Below are positions 59,561 to 64,000 of a stretch of DNA of 64,000 bases, one piece after another. The stretch lies in assembly GCF_009914755.1 (NCBI RefSeq), contig NC_060930.1; one strand, given 5' to 3'. A model generated the notes under the pieces. That model did no database searches and was not told where the DNA came from. It saw only the letters and a program-made list of their open reading frames with translations. Each line of letters starts with the position of its first letter. Within the stretch, counting starts at the first letter, position 1. Position numbers and translations under genes: made by a program. This DNA comes from the human T2T-CHM13v2.0 reference genome, Homo sapiens.

Positions 59561-60264
59561 TAGTCAAGAAAAAACAGTGTACCCTATTCCTTTAAAAGCC
59601 AGGGTAAATTTAAAACCTATAATCGATAATGGAGGTCTTCTCTGTAACCCTATAACACTCCACCTTGTTGTCAGTGTAAACAAGGGCATAGCCTGAAAGC
59701 ACTGAGGCCACTGACAACCTGTAGCCTTCCTATCAAAAATCCTTAACCCAGCAGGTTTCCTAACAGGGGATCTAAATTTTAATTAATTGCCATACAAAGG
59801 TCCGACCAGATCTAGGAGGAACTCCCTTCAGGACAGGATGATACATGGTTCCTCCCCGGGGATTAAGGAAAAAAGACACAATGGGTATTCAGTAAATGAT
59901 GAGGAAACTCTTGTAGAAGCAGAGTTAGGAAAATTGCCTAATAATTGGTCTGCTCAAATGTGCAAGCTGTTTGCACTCAGCCAAACCTTAAAGTACTTAC
60001 AGAATCAGGAAGGAGCCATCTATACCACTTTTAAGTTAACATGGACTGAACGAGGTCTTATTAACAGCAAAGACCTCCAAACAGCAAAGTTTGGAATCCC
60101 AAACTTACAAGGTTTTCAACAAAAGTAAAGTCTGCTAAAAGTTAACAGTGTAAACATACATTATCCTAATTTCTAATCTTGTGGAAATGAGACCCTATCA
60201 GTACTGCTCAAAGCTCAAGTCTGTCAGCACAGAGCCATACAACTAATACCCCTACTTATAGGGT

Positions 60265-60800
60265 TAGAAGTGGCTACTGCTACAGGAACTGGAATAGCCA
60301 GTTTATCTACTTCGTTATCCTACTACCACACACTCTCAAAGGATTTCTCAGACAGTTTGCAAGAAATAACAAAAGCTCTCCTTACTCTACAGTCCCAAAT
60401 AGACTCTTTGGCAGTGGTGACTCTCCAAAACCACTGAGGCCTAGACTTCCTCACTGCTGAGACAGGAGGACTCTACACTTGCTTAGGGAAAGAGTTGTTT
60501 TTACACTAACCAGTCAGGGATAGTGAGAGATGCTGCCCAGCATTTACAGGAAAAGGCTTCTGAAATCAGACAATGCCTTTCAAACTCTTATACCAACCTC
60601 TGGAGTTGGGCAACGTGGTTTCTCCCCTTTCTAGGTCCCACGGCAGTTATCTTGCTATTACTTGCCTTTGGGCACTATATTTTTAACCTCCTTGTCAAAT
60701 TTGTTTCCTGTAGAATCGAGGCCATCAAGCTACAGATGGTCTTACAAATGGTACCCTAAATGAGCTCAACTAACAACTTCTACCGAGGACCCCTGGACCA
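60265..60800 (+). pseudogene. HERV9 env TM remnant
   Basis: ATATGTGIASLSTS.., ISD-like LQNH*GLDFLTAETGG at 60423, WSWATWFLPFLGP..FNLLVKFVSCRIEAIKLQMVLQM. Confidence 0.85.
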
Positions 60801-60953
60801 ACCCACTGTCCCTTTCACTGGCCTAAAGAATTCCCCTCTGGAGGACACTACAACTGCAGGGCCCCTTCTTCGCCCCTATCTAGCAGGAAGTAGCTAGAGT
60901 GGTCATCGGCCAATTCCCAACAGCATTTGGGGTGTCCTGTTTAGAGGGGTTAT

Positions 60954-61607
60954 TGAGAGGTGAAGCTGGCTGGGCTTCTGGGTCGGGTGGGGACTTAGAG
61001 AACTTTTCTGTCTAGCTAAAGGATTGTAAACACACCAATCAGTGCTCTGTGTCTAGCTAAAGGTTTGTAAACGCACCAATAAGCACTCTGTAAAAATAGA
61101 CCAATAAGCACTCTGTAAAATGGACCAATCAGCAGGATGTGGGTGGGGCCAAATAAGGGAATAAAAGCTGGCCACCTGAGCCAGCAGCAGCAACCCGCTG
61201 GGGTCCTCTTCCACGCTGTGAAAGCTTTGTTCTTTTGCTCTTTGCAATAAATCTTGCTGCTGCTCACTCTTTGGGCCTGCACTACCTTTATGAGCTGTAA
61301 CACTCACTGCAAAGGTCTGCAGCTTCTCTCCTGAAGCCAGCGAGACCACAAACCCACTGGGAGAAATGAACAACTCTGGACATGCCACCTTTAAGAGCTG
61401 TAACACTCACTGTGAAGGTCTGCAGCTTCACTCCTGAAGTCAGTGAGACCAGGAACCCACCAGAAGGAAGAAACTCTGGACACCTGTGAACATCTGAAGG
61501 AACAAACGCCGGGCACACTATCTTTAACAACTGTAAGACTCACCGTGAGGGTCCATGGCTTCATTCTTGAAGTCACCGAGACTAAGAACCCACCAAATCT
61601 GGACACA
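60954..61607 (+). promoter_or_regulatory. 3' LTR12 (654 bp)
   Basis: Same termini and motifs as the 5' LTR, with fewer repeat units. Confidence 0.93.
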
Positions 61608-62269
61608 CTACCATCCCCAGCCCTGGAAACTCTGCTCTGCTACTCAGCTAAGGGAGATGCTAAATCAGAGTGGCTCTTCAGCATCATCATGGGGTAGGAG
61701 ATTCCCTGGTTCAATATGCATAAATTTCCTGGTTCATAAATCCCTAGATCCCTGGGCATAAACCCCTAGAAAGCCTTGACACATTCCTGGGATAAATCCT
61801 TTGGAACCTCCCCATTTCAGGACAGGCTGCACTCCAATCATTTACCTGAACTAAAGCAACCTTGGGCTTAAGATGCCAACTAGAGCAGGAAAGGAGGCAG
61901 CGATCTAGTGGTAAACATTAAGCAAATATATTCAATAAAAACCAAACAGGCCATACATAGAAAACTGGAGTAAATAACTAATCCTTCAATGAAAGACATA
62001 AATATATACTCCCCAAAAGGATGAATCTAACATCCATTGACTGACCCTAATGAGATGGCAATGTGTGAGCTCTCTGACCAAGAATTGAGTGCAAATCCTG
62101 AACAAAATTTCATAAATGATAAGATGTTCTTGGTGAGTTTCAGAATCCTAATTTTGAACTTTTCCCCCTTAAACTATATTCTCCAATATAGTGATTTCTA
62201 TGTTTTCATGTTGACCTGTGTCAGCATTAAAAAAATTCCAAGACTGTTGCTTGGGAGATAGGCATGCTA

Positions 62270-62370
62270 ACCTTGTTTCTTCCACTAAGTAGCAGTTTCC
62301 TCATCTGCAAAATGTGGAACTTTACAGGCATAATCTCTAAAGTTATTTAAAGTTACCAAATTCTGAAATA
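62270..62370 (+). mobile_element. MIR3-like fragment
   Basis: cagtttcctcatctgcaaaatg..aatctctaaag..aattctg. Confidence 0.5.
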
Positions 62371-62817
62371 TTTAAGGTTTCCATCAAGAGGGAAAGGACT
62401 TAATATTTCCACGTAAAATGCTGGTAACATTTGTCACAAATAAAATGCATCTAAAAGAGATACACTTAAAATGGATGTGCCAAGTGTTGACAATTTGGGA
62501 ATTAGAGCTTCATTATTTCTGCTAACACCATCATTCTGAGCCACTCAAACACACTTTCTCTTTCCATTTGGATATGCTTTTTATTCACGTATGTACTTCG
62601 TGAATACTAACCTAATAAATATTTACTGAGTGTATTTTATGTAGTTCTAGGTGCTGTTGCAAATACTTCTAATTTCAGAATTTTTTTCTACATGCTAATA
62701 TAAAATGTAGAAAATTGTAGCGTCTGAAGCAAGTGCTCTATAAAATTATGACACTGAAATGCATGTAAGAGGATGATCTGTACACCAGCTACCTCTCTCC
62801 CTGTTCCTATGCCCACC

Positions 62818-63355
62818 TGCGGCAATGGTCCTCTCACGGGGGCAGCAGCTGCGAGGGGTCTATCTTGCAGACCCCTGACCCGAGGACGGATGAATGAAGT
62901 ACACTGACACACAGATATTCCGCTTTGCCAGTCCAGCTGAGGGTGTCCAAGCCTCTTACAGACTCCCTGCTGAATTCTGTAAACAGCTGTGAATATGGCG
63001 CTGATCAGCTAGTGAGATTCGCATTTATTCAGTAAGATTAATTAACAAAGGCTTGAGTCAACACCGTTAGAGGGTAATTGACATTGTGGACTTCCCAAGT
63101 AAAAAGCACTTAAGCACCTGCCATACCTCAAAGGTTAGTCTTAAGATCATATGAGTAAACAAGCTAGCTAGGTAAGCTACTCTGTCTTCCTTTATTACTA
63201 CTTTAACTTGTTTAACTAATGGTAAAGGGACCAGGCTGACTTCAGCCAGATCTATTACTGAAGTTATGCAAACTTCTCAGCCTTCCAAGGAGATTTGTGT
63301 CTATCTCTGTAAATATCTCTAATATTTTTCCTACCAGCCTGATTGAACCCTAACA
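62818..63355 (-). mobile_element. Solo LTR22 (HERV-K22/HML-5)
   Basis: Minus strand starts TGTTAGGGTTCAATCAGGCTGGTAGGAAAAATATTAGAGAT..TTGGAAGGCTGAGAAGTTTGCATAAC, contains AATAAA, ends CA; 6-bp TSD cccacc/cccatc. Confidence 0.88.
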
Positions 63356-63649
63356 CCCATCTACATTCTGGCCAGTCCTTTAAAGTTTCTTCCCAAATAT
63401 TTTGGATGAAAGGGAGGAGATAATTTTGATGTATGAGGCAGAAATTATAGAAGGCATTATTTGTGTAAAATACTGAGGTGGGCACTCCATTTATCCAAAG
63501 GATAGAGGAAAACATAGCCAGATGAGATGGAGGAGTCTAAGAGTAAAAGTGCATATCTATATATATGTATTTTTTTTTACCAGCAATGTACCATAGGCTT
63601 GTCTTCATGCATCACAGAAATAGATTTTTTTTGTAAAGGTGCAGCCTGA

Positions 63650-63689
63650 ATATGTGTGCATGTGTGTGTGTGTGTGCATGCACACACAT
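63650..63689. repeat. Alternating purine-pyrimidine (TG/CA) tract containing a 20-bp palindrome
   Basis: tgtgtgtgcatgcacacaca at 63669-63688. Confidence 0.9.
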
Positions 63690-64000
63690 TTGTGTTTCCC
63701 CCCACATAGAATATATGTTTCAAATGGGGAAAGGTTTTTCCTTTGTGTTTTTTACCTGCAGACATTCAAATATCCCATTTATTTTATCATACTTATGATA
63801 AGTCTGCACTTTAAAGGAAGTCCAGATATGCAAAACTATAATTTAAGAAGACACTTGCATTAGAAATAAATGCCTTAAAGTAACGCATGCTTCTATGAGC
63901 TCACAACTGAATCCTTCATGTCTAAACTATAGCATCCATTTTTTAAGGTTTCTCCAACTCTCAGACTGTACATTTGTCATCATCATTTCATTGTTTACAT

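Larger units (their letters stand above)
54455..61607 (+). mobile_element. HERV9 provirus with two LTR12-family LTRs, internally deleted
   Basis: TG..CA LTRs at both ends, 4-bp TSD CTAC (54451-54454 / 61608-61611), Arg-tRNA PBS, gag-pro-pol-env remnants, purine-rich PPT agagggg before the 3' LTR. Confidence 0.96.

Noticed and set aside
60265-60800. Syncytin-like domesticated env
   Set aside because: Only a TM remnant; stop codon in the immunosuppressive domain, frameshift, no SU or signal peptide.

Overview
Primate (catarrhine, probably human) intronic or intergenic DNA. It is AT-rich and repeat-dense, with no recognisable cellular protein-coding exon, RNA gene, CpG island or CRISPR array. 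The recognisable long ORFs in the track derive from ERVs, Alus or simple repeats. Main contents: a 5.4-kb HERV-H element on the minus strand (17516-22905), a 7.15-kb internally deleted HERV9/LTR12 provirus with two LTRs (54455-61607, +), a solo LTR22/HML-5 LTR, a truncated MSTA provirus, a decayed ERVL internal region, nine Alus (J/S types), several old L1/HAL1/L2/MIR fragments, MaLR solo LTRs and hAT DNA transposons (MER5, MER63, MER97). The most notable observation is that the HERV-H is not a normal provirus. It has mRNA structure (R-U5-PBS-gag-pro-pol-PPT-U3-R-poly(A)), starts about 31 nt downstream of where the TATA box would be, ends at the polyadenylation site and abuts a TTTT/AA site. 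It therefore looks like an L1-retroposed processed pseudogene of HERV-H. Also of note are a possible 5'-inverted (twin-primed) old L1 that hosts the MSTA/Alu/HERV9 nest, unequal tandem-repeat copy number between the two LTR12s, and a (TG)n-preceded 90-nt in-frame candidate cryptic exon. Repeat family names come from recalled consensus motifs, not from a database search, and boundaries of old repeats are approximate.
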